64,000 bases of DNA from an uncultured Planctomycetota bacterium (GTDB lineage Bacteria > Planctomycetota > Planctomycetia > Pirellulales > Lacipirellulaceae). This document shows positions 52,927-62,285 of the stretch, in pieces. The translations under genes were made by a program, and so were the position numbers. Numbering within the stretch: the stretch's first letter is position 1; every line of letters starts with the position of its first letter. The notes beneath the pieces are model-generated. The model ran no database searches, had not been told where the DNA came from, and saw nothing but the letters and a program-made list of their open reading frames with translations. Where the stretch lies: assembly GCA_963719315.1 (NCBI GenBank), contig CAVRBU010000003.1, positions 320,001 through 384,000 on the forward strand, written 5' to 3'.

Positions 52927-53643
52927 TTAGACGCAGCTAGTGCGCCGAATTCTTCGACCTATCAGCAGCGTGCCGCCGACCAACCATAGTCCTAGAGAGG
53001 CTGGCTCCGGAACGGGCACTCCGACGATGTTGCTGCCAGGCGTGGTATTAAACGAAAAAGTAACGGCAGTAATCGTCGATGAGGTGGTGACGCCAGAGAC
53101 ATTGAGCACAAAATCGGCGGATCCGCCCCAAAACGGATTGTGTGGACCGTTGCCGGCAATTGATCCATTGGCGGCGTCGTATTTTCCCGAACCACTATTT
53201 GGCGGGCCAATAACGCCATGCTTCGGTTGCCCGCCCGCACCCAGTCGATCCAAATGCAATTGGGCACCCGAAGTGAATAAACCCCAATCGACGACATTGA
53301 CCGATCCACTGTCGCTAAACGTGCCACCACTATTGACGGTCCGCTCGATTCCCGTCGTCGAAGTGATCGTGCCCGACGTTTGCCCGGTGCTGACAGTAAA
53401 GAATACGTCGTAGATTATTGATTTCGGGCTGGTGGGATCGGCTTGAAGATTCGTCAGATTGACATTGATCGTATCGGCCGAAGAAGTAAACCTGGCAATT
53501 GCATTAACTGGTTCGCCACCAATGTTATCGCCGGGACTGGTCTGATACTGAATTATTGCTGCAAGCGCCGCGGCATTGAGCAATCCGCTAATGACGAAAC
53601 CGAGGGCGATAATGGATACGAAGCGAGCGCGGCAAATCTTCAT
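52927..53643 (-). CDS. PEP-CTERM sorting domain protein
   Basis: Signal peptide; ends VPEPASLGLWLVGGTLLIGRRIRR. Confidence 0.88.
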   Translation of the reverse strand: MKICRARFVSIIALGFVISGLLNAAALAAIIQYQTSPGDNIGGEPVNAIARFTSSADTINVNLTNLQADPTSPKSIIYDVFFTVSTGQTSGTITSTTGIERTVNSGGTFSDSGSVNVVDWGLFTSGAQLHLDRLGAGGQPKHGVIGPPNSGSGKYDAANGSIAGNGPHNPFWGGSADFVLNVSGVTTSSTITAVTFSFNTTPGSNIVGVPVPEPASLGLWLVGGTLLIGRRIRRTSCV

Positions 53644-53974
53644 GGTTGCATCCTCAAGGTTGTTCTGAACTGCCGAGTCGCTGGCTCAACAATCTTGTCT
53701 CACGAGCATTTCAAACGAAGTAAGCTAGAAAAATACCGATTTGGATCGAGTCGAGAGCCGATCCAGGAATACAGCAACCGCCATTATAGCGGGGAGCCTG
53801 CCCCCATCAACTTCCAAGTGAATTTTTTCCAATTTTTTGCCGAAAGTCTCGGATTATTGGCTAGTGCGGCCTTCGCGCCGGAGCTGCGTAATACCGACGG
53901 CGGTGGCATTTCCAAGGTAACTAGCTAGAATAGAATACTCGTTCAGGCGGTCTCCGAGATCAATCTGCGCTGTC

Positions 53975-56900
53975 ATGATCGACATCGACCGCCTTCGATC
54001 TTGTCTCGACGACGCCCAAACGGCTGAGCCATGGTTGCGATCGCTGTGCGTGGCCAACTTGCCGGCTGCGCGATCGAACTTCCAGCGGATGGCCGACAAT
54101 GGCGTCACGCTGGACCTCCTTACGCAGATCAGCGAGCAATTCGCCGCTGCCGCGTCCACGCTTGCCGATCCGGACATGGCGATCAACAACCTGGAGCGAT
54201 TCATCGCGGCCTCGCGCAACCCGATGGCCACGGCCGCGCTGTTCGAACGCGATCCGGACGCTCTGCCCAATCTGCTGCAAATCTTTTCCGCCAGCCAGTA
54301 CCTCAGCGATCTATTGGTAGCCGACAAGGAAGCGTATGACCTGTTGCGGATGACCGAGGGTCAACCGGTTGCTCGCCTCGCGCTTGTCGAAGAGTTGGTC
54401 AACGAGATTCACGCGTTGCCCAACTACAACGAAGTCCTGGCTTCATTGCGGCGATTCAAGCGTCGCGAGACGCTGCGGATTGCCTACGGAGATATCGTTC
54501 GCAATCAACCGGTGTATACGGTCGTGCGACAGGTTTCGTACCTGGCCGACGCGATCGTCGAAGCGGCGCTCGATTTCGCCCGCCGCCACTTGCAGGAGCA
54601 GTACGGGCAGCCGTTGCGGTCAGACGGCGAGCGGAGTTGGTTTGTCGTGCTCGGCCTCGGCAAACTGGGCGGTATCGAGTTGAATTATTCGAGCGACATC
54701 GACCTGATCTTTCTGTACGAGCAGGACGGCCAGACCGATGCGCGTCGGACCGTGAGCAACCAGGAATACTTCGAACGCCTTTCAAAAGAAGTCGTGCGAT
54801 TGCTCACCGAAACGACCGACTTGGGCGCGGCCTACCGCGTTGACTTGCGACTGCGGCCCGAGGGTTCTCACGGCCCGATTTGCATGAGCTTCGACAACAC
54901 GCTGTCGTATTACGACGTGAAAGGCCGGACTTGGGAGCGGCAGGCATTCGTAAAGGCCCGGCCGATCGCCGGCGATCGTGACTTGGGCCGCGAACTGCTT
55001 AAACGGCTGGAACCGTGGATCTATCGCAAATATCTTAGCCTGGCCGACATCACGGGCATCAAGTCGCTCAAGCGGCGGATCGAGCACGGCACGGAGCGCG
55101 ACGGCGGCGAGTTGCGCAATGTGAAGACGGGTCATGGCGGTATTCGCGATATCGAATTCGTCATTCAATTCTTGCAACTCCTCAATGGCGACGCGCTGCC
55201 GGAGGTGCGGACCGGCAATACACTGGACGCGATCGCCCGGCTCGAAAAGGCCGGCTCGCTTACGCCGGACGAACGGACCAAGCTCGAAGACAATTACAAC
55301 CTGCTGCGAAAGCTCGAACATCGGCTGCAGATCATGTTCGATCTGAAAACGCACATGCTGCCAGAGGATCGCGCCGAGTTGGGCCGCGTCGCGGTGCGGA
55401 TGGGTTACACCGGCACGCGGCAACATTCGGCGCTGCAAGTGTTTCGAGAAGACTACGCGCGTCGCACCCGGCAAAACCGCGAGATGCTCGATCATTTGCT
55501 CCATAATGCCTTTCCTGGTGATGCTGCCGCGGAGCCGGAGGTTGATCTCATCAACGATCCGGACCCGCCGCCGGAACGGATCCAGGAAGTGCTGGGTCGT
55601 TATCCGTATGCGGACGTGCCGACCGCGTATCACAACCTGATGGCGCTCGCGACGGAGAAGATTCGCTTTCTCTCTACCCGTCGCTGCCGGCATTTTCTGG
55701 CCGCGATAGCTCCGCGGCTGATCGCCGCGATCGCTCAAACGCCCGAACCCGATACGACGCTCGTCAACCTCAGCCGCGTCAGTGATTCGCTCGGCGGGAA
55801 GGCGGCGCTGTGGGAGCTGTTCAGCTTCAATCGCCCGTCGCTGGATCTGTACGTGCGGCTGTGCGCCGCCTGCCCGTATCTGGCCGGCATCCTGACCAGC
55901 AACCCCGGCATGATCGACGAGTTGATGGACAGCCTGCTGGTCGAGCACCTGCCCACGCTCGCGATCTTGGAGGAATCGCTGGCCGAGTTGTGCAAGGGAG
56001 CCGAGAACATCGATCCGATCCTGCACAGCTTCAAGAACTCTCAGCATTTGCGGGTCGGCGTGCGCGACGTTGTCGGCAAGGATGACATTCGTTCGACGCA
56101 TGCGGCGCTCGCCGACATCGCCGAGGTGTCGCTCAAGCAAATCGCCGAGCGGGAGTACGTCAAACTGGTCGATAAGTACGGTTTCCCTAAAATCGTTCGG
56201 CCTAGCGAAGCAGACCTGGCCAATGAAATCAGCCGCGGGATTTGGTCGCGCTTCGATGATCGCGAGGGAGACACTTGCGAGCCAGTCGTTCTGGCCCTCG
56301 GCAAACTGGGCGGGCGCGAGCCAAATTATCATAGCGACCTCGATCTCATCTTCCTGTTCGAAGCGAGCGGCCACACCACGGGGCGTAACCGGGAAGCGAA
56401 CGGCGGCACGATCAACAGCCACTTCTTCAGCGAGTTCGGCCAGCGGCTGATTCGCGTGAGCAACGCACTCGGCCCGTTTGGCCGGCTGTACGAAGTCGAC
56501 GCCCGTCTGCGTCCCACCGGCAAGAGCGGGGCGCTGGCCGTGTCGTTCGATACTTTTGCCCGTTACTTCGCCGAAGGCCCGGCACAACTGTGGGAGCGGC
56601 AAGCTCTGTGCAAGGCGCGGCCCGTGATCGGGAACGCCGAGGCCAGCCAACATGCGATGGAGATCGTAGCGGCGGCTGCCTTCAGCAAGCCATGGCGGCC
56701 GGAGTTCGCCAGCGAGATTCGCCAGATGCGCGAGCGGTTGGAAGAAGGCGCGTCCAAGCGCAACCTCAAACGCGGCCCCGGCGGCACGGTGGACACCGAG
56801 TTCATGGTGCAAATGCTGCAACTCAAACACGGCGGCGGCGACACATCGATTCGCACACCGGGCACACTCGACGCGCTCACCGCCCTCGAAAAGCGCGGCT

Positions 56901-57148
56901 ATCTTTCAAGCGATGATGCCGAATACTTCAGCGGCAGTTACCGCTTCCAACGAAGCATTGAAGCCCGCATCCGGCTGATGGACGCCGCCGGCCGGCACGA
57001 ACTGCCGGAAAGCGAGCGCGATCTCGCCAAGCTCGCGTATCTGCTCGGCTACTCGAACCCACAAGCACTTGTCGCCGAAGCCGAGCGGACGTTCGCCGAG
57101 AATCGCGCTCGGTTCAATCGCATCTTCGACGCGGCCGAGAGCACGTAG
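53975..57148 (+). CDS. glnE: Glutamine synthetase adenylyltransferase
   Basis: Two nucleotidyltransferase domains: GKLGGIELNYSSDIDL and GKLGGREPNYHSDLDL; WERQA twice. Confidence 0.95.
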   Translation: MIDIDRLRSCLDDAQTAEPWLRSLCVANLPAARSNFQRMADNGVTLDLLTQISEQFAAAASTLADPDMAINNLERFIAASRNPMATAALFERDPDALPNLLQIFSASQYLSDLLVADKEAYDLLRMTEGQPVARLALVEELVNEIHALPNYNEVLASLRRFKRRETLRIAYGDIVRNQPVYTVVRQVSYLADAIVEAALDFARRHLQEQYGQPLRSDGERSWFVVLGLGKLGGIELNYSSDIDLIFLYEQDGQTDARRTVSNQEYFERLSKEVVRLLTETTDLGAAYRVDLRLRPEGSHGPICMSFDNTLSYYDVKGRTWERQAFVKARPIAGDRDLGRELLKRLEPWIYRKYLSLADITGIKSLKRRIEHGTERDGGELRNVKTGHGGIRDIEFVIQFLQLLNGDALPEVRTGNTLDAIARLEKAGSLTPDERTKLEDNYNLLRKLEHRLQIMFDLKTHMLPEDRAELGRVAVRMGYTGTRQHSALQVFREDYARRTRQNREMLDHLLHNAFPGDAAAEPEVDLINDPDPPPERIQEVLGRYPYADVPTAYHNLMALATEKIRFLSTRRCRHFLAAIAPRLIAAIAQTPEPDTTLVNLSRVSDSLGGKAALWELFSFNRPSLDLYVRLCAACPYLAGILTSNPGMIDELMDSLLVEHLPTLAILEESLAELCKGAENIDPILHSFKNSQHLRVGVRDVVGKDDIRSTHAALADIAEVSLKQIAEREYVKLVDKYGFPKIVRPSEADLANEISRGIWSRFDDREGDTCEPVVLALGKLGGREPNYHSDLDLIFLFEASGHTTGRNREANGGTINSHFFSEFGQRLIRVSNALGPFGRLYEVDARLRPTGKSGALAVSFDTFARYFAEGPAQLWERQALCKARPVIGNAEASQHAMEIVAAAAFSKPWRPEFASEIRQMRERLEEGASKRNLKRGPGGTVDTEFMVQMLQLKHGGGDTSIRTPGTLDALTALEKRGYLSSDDAEYFSGSYRFQRSIEARIRLMDAAGRHELPESERDLAKLAYLLGYSNPQALVAEAERTFAENRARFNRIFDAAEST

Positions 57149-57157
57149 ACGCCGCAA

Positions 57158-57272
57158 TGTAGTAGGCACACTCCGTATGCCGTAACTGAAGCGGTGCTCG
57201 TTCTGCCAGGCCGGTTGGTATTGGCGGCGGTTATTGGGGTTCTGTTACGGCACGGCGGAGCGTGCCTGCTAC
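57158..57272. repeat. GTAG REP family C, inverted pair, overlapping the fmt stop
   Basis: tgtagtaggcacactccg...cggagcgtgcctgctaca. Confidence 0.85.
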
Positions 57273-58225
57273 ATTGGGGCGTAGCCGAAGCGGTCGCCGA
57301 TGTTTACGCGGTGGCCGCGAAGGAAATCGGTGGCCGGCATGGAGCGTTTGCCGGCGGGTTGCAGCTCGAAGATTTCAAGGATGCCGTCGCAGGTGGCGAT
57401 GAGGAGTTGGTCGGCCGCTGCGAGAACGGTGCCTGGCGCGGCACATCCCGAGGCGATGCCGGCTGATGACGGCACGACCGACACTCGGTCGACGTTCAAC
57501 CGTAGCGGCTCGCCCTGGCGGCGATGCCAGAACGTGAATGCCCGCGGCCAGGGACGCAGGCCGCGAACTTGGTTCTTTATTACCTGTGCGGGGCGCGACC
57601 AGTTGATGGAACCCTGCTCTTTTTTTAGGCGCGGCGCTTTCGAGAATTGGTCTTTGTCTTGGGCGATCGGTTGTGAAGTGCCGGATTCGAGTTCGTCGAT
57701 GATGCGTAGCACGAGCTCCGCGCCCATGTCGGCGAGGCGGGCTTCGAGTTGGCCGGCGTCTTCTTCGGGATCGATCGGCATGCGCTGTTGGCCAAGGCAG
57801 GGGCCGGCGTCGAGGCCGGGCGTCATTTGGATGACGCTGTTTCCGGTTTCGGCATCGCCGTTGAGGATGGCCCATTGCACGGGGGCAGCGCCACGATATT
57901 TGGGTAGGAGCGACCCATGCAGATTGATGCCGCCCAGGCGGGCGGTGGCGAGTGTTTCGGGGCGAAGGATTTCGCCGTAATCGCAGACGACGAGCAAGTC
58001 GGCATTAAGCGCGTCGAGGCGGGATTGGGAGCCGGGGGCGTTGACCGTGTCGGGGGACCAAATGGAAAGGTTGAGCGATTCGCCCGCCCGCTGAAGCGGG
58101 CTCGCCTCGCGCGTGCGTGACGTAGCGGGGCGTGTGACGACGAGGGCAATTTCGTGACGGGAGGCGGCGAGCGCACGCAGTGTGGGGACGGCGAACGGGC
58201 CGGTGCCTAGCATAATGAGACGCAT
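57269..58225 (-). CDS. fmt: Methionyl-tRNA formyltransferase
   Basis: GTGPFA, NLHGSLLPKYRGAAP, LDAG. Confidence 0.96.
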   Translation of the reverse strand: MRLIMLGTGPFAVPTLRALAASRHEIALVVTRPATSRTREASPLQRAGESLNLSIWSPDTVNAPGSQSRLDALNADLLVVCDYGEILRPETLATARLGGINLHGSLLPKYRGAAPVQWAILNGDAETGNSVIQMTPGLDAGPCLGQQRMPIDPEEDAGQLEARLADMGAELVLRIIDELESGTSQPIAQDKDQFSKAPRLKKEQGSINWSRPAQVIKNQVRGLRPWPRAFTFWHRRQGEPLRLNVDRVSVVPSSAGIASGCAAPGTVLAAADQLLIATCDGILEIFELQPAGKRSMPATDFLRGHRVNIGDRFGYAPM

Positions 58226-58258
58226 GATACTGGGCTCCAGTCTGCGGGAGAAGAGATC

Positions 58259-58348
58259 GCAAATTGAAAATTGAAAATTGAAAAATGCAACTTGCAGAAA
58301 AATGGCTCGCCAATTTGCAAGTTGCATTTTTCAATGTGCATTTTCAAC
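58259..58348. repeat. Inverted AAATTGA / TGCATTT heptamer arrays
   Basis: aaattgaaaattgaaaattgaaaaatgcaacttgca...tgcaagttgcatttttcaat. Confidence 0.8.
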
Positions 58349-58378
58349 ATCCGCATTGTGAGTTTCGGAAAAACTCGC

Positions 58379-58966
58379 CTACGTGCGAAGGCGCTCTAGC
58401 TCTTCGAGGCGAGTCGTCATTTTGAGGTAATCCGGGAGTTCGCCGGTTTCTATTTTGCTGTCGAAGGCAAGTTCGAACTCTTCCAATTGATCGCGGATGG
58501 CGGCCGCGTGGGCTGGGCCGAGGCGGTCGATGAACAACGTGCCATCGAGATGATCGGTTTCGTGCTGTGCGATGCGGGCCATGAAATCATTGAGCTCGAC
58601 CGAGATTTCATTGCCTTCCAGGTCGTACGCCTGAATCTTGATCGTTGCGTTGCGGGTAACGGGCGCGCGAATGCCCGGAATGCTGAGGCAGCCTTCTTCA
58701 TCCTCTTCGAGCCCGCGACCAACGCTAAGCACGGGATTGATGTACACGCCTTCCAGTTCGCGGGCGTCGGCGCTGCCTTCGGGATTGGCCACGAACAGGC
58801 GATAGGGCAGATCGACCTGGTTGGCGGCGAGGCCGACGCCTTCATGCTCGTACATCAAATCGAACATCTGGGCGACGATTTTTCGCAGTTCGGCGTCGAC
58901 CCGCCGCAGGGGCTTCGAGCGGTGGCGGAGCGTCGGATGGGGGTATTGGATGATTTGGAGAGTCAC
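58379..58966 (-). CDS. def: Peptide deformylase
   Basis: GVGLAANQ, EGCLS, QHETDHLDG. Confidence 0.96.
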   Translation of the reverse strand: MTLQIIQYPHPTLRHRSKPLRRVDAELRKIVAQMFDLMYEHEGVGLAANQVDLPYRLFVANPEGSADARELEGVYINPVLSVGRGLEEDEEGCLSIPGIRAPVTRNATIKIQAYDLEGNEISVELNDFMARIAQHETDHLDGTLFIDRLGPAHAAAIRDQLEEFELAFDSKIETGELPDYLKMTTRLEELERLRT

Positions 58967-59245
58967 AGCGAGAACCGGCAGTGGCGAAGCAAGGAAAGCA
59001 AGCTAGCGCGGCCACGCGGAGCGGTACGCTGCAAGCGTTGATTTACGATCGTGTCGCAAGGGATTATAGAACGTAAAACGCCGGCAGCGAAGCGTGATTG
59101 AGCGTTCGTCGAGCTTTCCGACCGGACCTTGTGCCGGCGGAGGTTTTCGGGCTGAAGCCCGACCTACGGTGTTTCCGCTCGCGTTGACCCGGAATAGGGC
59201 CAGCGCGAGAATTGCGCGGGGGGAGCGGCCCAGTCGGCGATCCGT

Positions 59246-60238
59246 ATGGCAAGCTATTCAACACAAGCTGCGCCGAGGCCCGAGCGGTCGCTGCCCGCGT
59301 GGGGGTTTTCGGTCCTGTGCCACGGATCGGCGCTCCTGCTCTTGGCCGTTGTGATACGACCCTGGCCAAAGGGTGCGGGCGATCAAGCCAATGGTTCGAT
59401 TGGCATTGTGCTGAATAGTTCCAGCGCCGAAGGCGATTTACATGCCGGCGACGAGGGTCAGGGCGAGAGCGCGCCTAGCCTGGAAGAGGTCCTTGAGCCG
59501 CCGGCATTGATTGCGCCGCCAACTCAGCCTGAGACAGTTCCAACCGTTCGTCGCGATGCAGCGGGGAGTGCGCCGGTCAAGCTGGCGGCGGCGCCGGTTG
59601 GACAGCCAAGCGAAGAGCAGTCGAACGGGCGTCCAGCGGGCGGCGACATCGGTCGAAGCGGTTCGCCGGGCGGCACGGGTAACGCGAAAGTCAGCGTGTT
59701 CGGCGTCGAGGGCAAAGGAAGCAAGTTCGTGTACTTGTTCGATCGCTCGGCCAGCATGGAAGGTCCGCCGCTGACGGCCGCAAAGAAGCAATTGCTCGAC
59801 AGCTTGCGGTCGCTCGACAGCCTCCATCAATTTCAGATTATCTTTTTCAATTCGACGACGCGGGTGTTCGATGCCACGGGCGGCGGCCATCGGGTCGCGT
59901 TTGCCACGGATCGCAACAAGCAGTTGGCCGCGAATTTCGTGGGCGGAATCACCGGCGACGGCGGCACCGATCGGATGGTCGCGCTTCGCCAGGCGCTCGG
60001 ATTCTCGCCGAACGTGATCTTTTTCTTGACCGACGCGGACGACCCGATGTCGACGAGCGAACTGGCTGAAATCACCCGCTTGAACCGACGCGCCCAGGCG
60101 GCAATTTGCGTCATCGAGTTCGGGCGCAAGCCGACGCCGACGAAGGATAATTTCCTGATGCAACTCGCGCGGGAGAGCGGCGGACAGTACGGGTATCTCG
60201 ACACCACGACATTGTCGCGTCCGGCTGGGCAACGCTAA
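59246..60238 (+). CDS. Membrane-anchored vWA-domain protein
   Basis: N-terminal TM, linker, DRSASM MIDAS, GGT, FLTD. Confidence 0.85.
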   Translation: MASYSTQAAPRPERSLPAWGFSVLCHGSALLLLAVVIRPWPKGAGDQANGSIGIVLNSSSAEGDLHAGDEGQGESAPSLEEVLEPPALIAPPTQPETVPTVRRDAAGSAPVKLAAAPVGQPSEEQSNGRPAGGDIGRSGSPGGTGNAKVSVFGVEGKGSKFVYLFDRSASMEGPPLTAAKKQLLDSLRSLDSLHQFQIIFFNSTTRVFDATGGGHRVAFATDRNKQLAANFVGGITGDGGTDRMVALRQALGFSPNVIFFLTDADDPMSTSELAEITRLNRRAQAAICVIEFGRKPTPTKDNFLMQLARESGGQYGYLDTTTLSRPAGQR

Positions 60239-60248
60239 CACAGGGTTC

Positions 60249-60282
<34 letters not shown>

Positions 60283-60320
60283 GACGTTGTCGCGTAGCGA
60301 ATCATCGCCAAACAACTCGA

Positions 60321-60661
60321 TCAGCTTCCGGGTCGAAGAAAATCGGATAGCCGGATAAGCAATCGGTCGAGGCGTGCCGATGAGATACGGCCGATTCGGC
60401 CTTTGAATTGTGCTCTCGGAAGGACGGCTAGAAAGCCCAGGCGAATTACCGATGCGGCTTTCAAATGGCTGGTGGGATAGTCCGAATCGCCTGGTCTGAT
60501 TGCCTCATCAAAATCCGCGACCGCGTGCTGGAGCTGTGTGCTTAAGCCGCAAACCAAAAAGTCCTGATAAGGCGGCATCCTCTTCAAAACCAAGACGGGA
60601 CGGTCCTTCATCAATCCATCCGTTGTCGCAATGCCGTAAGAAGAATATCTCCTTCCTTCAT
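60321..60661 (-). pseudogene. PemK/MazF-family toxin with apparent 1-nt frameshift near 60622
   Basis: MKEGDILLTALRQ then DGLMKDRPVLVL...CGLSTQ in another frame; ATGA-coupled to the upstream gene. Confidence 0.72.
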
Positions 60662-60879
60662 GGCACCACGTCCGCCACAGAGTACTCAGGTTCGGCCGTG
60701 TCATAAGCGCGAGCCAAGTTCTGCTTGCTCAATTCGATCCAAGATGCATGATCGTCGTCGCAGTTTCCGACCGGCGAAAGGATCGTCACGAGTAACTGAG
60801 CATTAGGCGGCAACTGGAACGGTTCATCGAGTTGAATGGAATGTCCATCGAAATGAGCTTTCAAACTAACTGCTGGCAT
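60658..60879 (-). CDS. Putative antitoxin (DUF104/AbrB-like beta fold)
   Basis: LKAHFDGHSIQLDEP...LARAYDTAEPEY. Confidence 0.7.
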   Translation of the reverse strand: MPAVSLKAHFDGHSIQLDEPFQLPPNAQLLVTILSPVGNCDDDHASWIELSKQNLARAYDTAEPEYSVADVVP

Positions 60880-60911
60880 GATTGGCCTCCATCGTGCAAC
60901 TGATAGTGACC

Positions 60912-60917
60912 ATTATA
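60912..60917 (-). promoter_or_regulatory. Candidate -10 box (TATAAT) for the TA pair
   Basis: Consensus hexamer upstream of a GGAGG RBS and ATG 60879. Confidence 0.4.
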
Positions 60918-61000
60918 CATGCGAACGTACTCGGCCCCAGCCACCCTGAGGAAATCAAGGCACCCCACCCTGCCCTCTCCCAAGGGGAGAGGGATTTGAG

Positions 61001-61399
61001 TTACCACGGGCCGCGGACTGGGTAGACGCCGAACTGCGTCGTGTCGCTGGGCCAGATGGGTGTGGGACGGAACGGGCCGCCGAACGTGGCGTTGCCGGGG
61101 TAGTTGCGTTGGAATTGGTGGTCAATCCGCGAGATCCGCGAGCTGGCGACGCCCCAACCCCAGTTGGTTTGCAACTGGGCGGTCGGCGGTACGACGAGGG
61201 CCACGGGTTGGCCGTAGTCGGTGTACGCGTAGTTGCGATTCCAGTTGTAATACTGGGCGCGGCGAATCGGTTTCATGTAACCGGCATCGCAGCCGGTGGG
61301 TGTCCAGCAGTCCCAGGCGGTGGCGGTAGGAGCGGTGGCACTGAAGCTGCCGCAAGCCACGATGGCGGCGAAAATGGGTAAGGAAAGGCGGCGCAACAT
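61001..61399 (-). CDS. Small exported Tyr/Trp/Pro/Gly-rich protein
   Basis: Signal peptide, GGAG RBS, aromatic-rich mature part. Confidence 0.75.
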   Translation of the reverse strand: MLRRLSLPIFAAIVACGSFSATAPTATAWDCWTPTGCDAGYMKPIRRAQYYNWNRNYAYTDYGQPVALVVPPTAQLQTNWGWGVASSRISRIDHQFQRNYPGNATFGGPFRPTPIWPSDTTQFGVYPVRGPW

Positions 61400-61507
61400 A
61401 GGAATCTCCGGTGGGAGCTAAGCCGCAAGCGATGTAGATTGCGGGTCAGCAGTAAATGGCGGGGTGTTTCTGGCTCTCGACTCTCGACCTTTGGCCCTCG
61501 ACTCTTC

Positions 61508-61963
61508 CTAGAACCGAACGCCGGGGTAGAAGAAGTCGTTGTGCAAGGCCCAGATGTTGTTGCTCATCGGATAGCGCAAGTCGAAGAGGTTTTCTTGGCA
61601 GCGGAGGCCGCAGGTGCCGTAGCGGACATTCGTGCGTCGCCAGCCGGCGCCCGGGTTGTAGGTGTAGTACGACCGTTCGTGCTTGTAGAGATACTCGTGC
61701 GGCATGAACGGCTGGTAGGTGACATAGGTGTGGCCGACAAACGCCGGCACGGGGCGTGGCGAGACGTACATCTGCGCAGCGGCGCCGTTGTACGGGCCGG
61801 GCTGGGCGTAATAGTTGTAGAACAGGTCTTTCTGTTGCTGGTAGCTGATGTGTCGCTTGCCATCCCAACCGGGTTGCTCGAACGCAGCAGCATTCGACGG
61901 GATGACAGACAGCACGGCGAGGGCCAGAACGGCCAAACTGAGTTTGTGCGATGTAAACCGCAT
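61508..61963 (-). CDS. Small exported Tyr-rich protein
   Basis: GGAGGT RBS, signal peptide, DLFYNYY...PHEYLYKHERSYY. Confidence 0.75.
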   Translation of the reverse strand: MRFTSHKLSLAVLALAVLSVIPSNAAAFEQPGWDGKRHISYQQQKDLFYNYYAQPGPYNGAAAQMYVSPRPVPAFVGHTYVTYQPFMPHEYLYKHERSYYTYNPGAGWRRTNVRYGTCGLRCQENLFDLRYPMSNNIWALHNDFFYPGVRF

Positions 61964-61986
61964 CGGATTTACCTCCAACGGGATGA

Positions 61987-62040
61987 GTGTAGGCCTCCCG
62001 CTCCGCGAGAGGGTTTCTGCTCGCGGAGCGAGCAGACTAC
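61987..62040. repeat. GTAG REP family A
   Basis: gtgtaggcctcccgctccgcgag...ctcgcggagcgagcagactac. Confidence 0.82.
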
Positions 62041-62222
62041 GCTGTGTTTTTTGTCGCAGCGGCAGGTGAGTTGGGTCGGGGCCGCCACTGGCAAGTTCTA
62101 TCAATGGTGTCGGCCAGCACCGGTGGAAGGGGTGAATCTTTGTGTAGCGGATAATCCAGATGCAAGTATTGTCCGGGCCCTAGCGTGTCAAAATGTGTCT
62201 GGGTCGGGCCGATTTTCGCGGG

Positions 62223-62228
62223 TATAAT
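62223..62228 (+). promoter_or_regulatory. Candidate -10 box (TATAAT) for top6B
   Basis: Consensus hexamer about 60 nt before the TTG start. Confidence 0.35.
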
Positions 62229-62285
62229 CGGCACGACCGTCAAAGATTAACACCACCGATCGATCGCACCTGTGGGAGAAGTAGG

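Noticed and set aside
54782..56830. 682-aa antisense ORF, and similar long ORFs at 12410-13768, 36288-38003 and 62478-63992
   Set aside because: Shadow frames opposite well-supported genes (glnE, glyA, an exported protein, top6B); expected in high-GC DNA and without motifs
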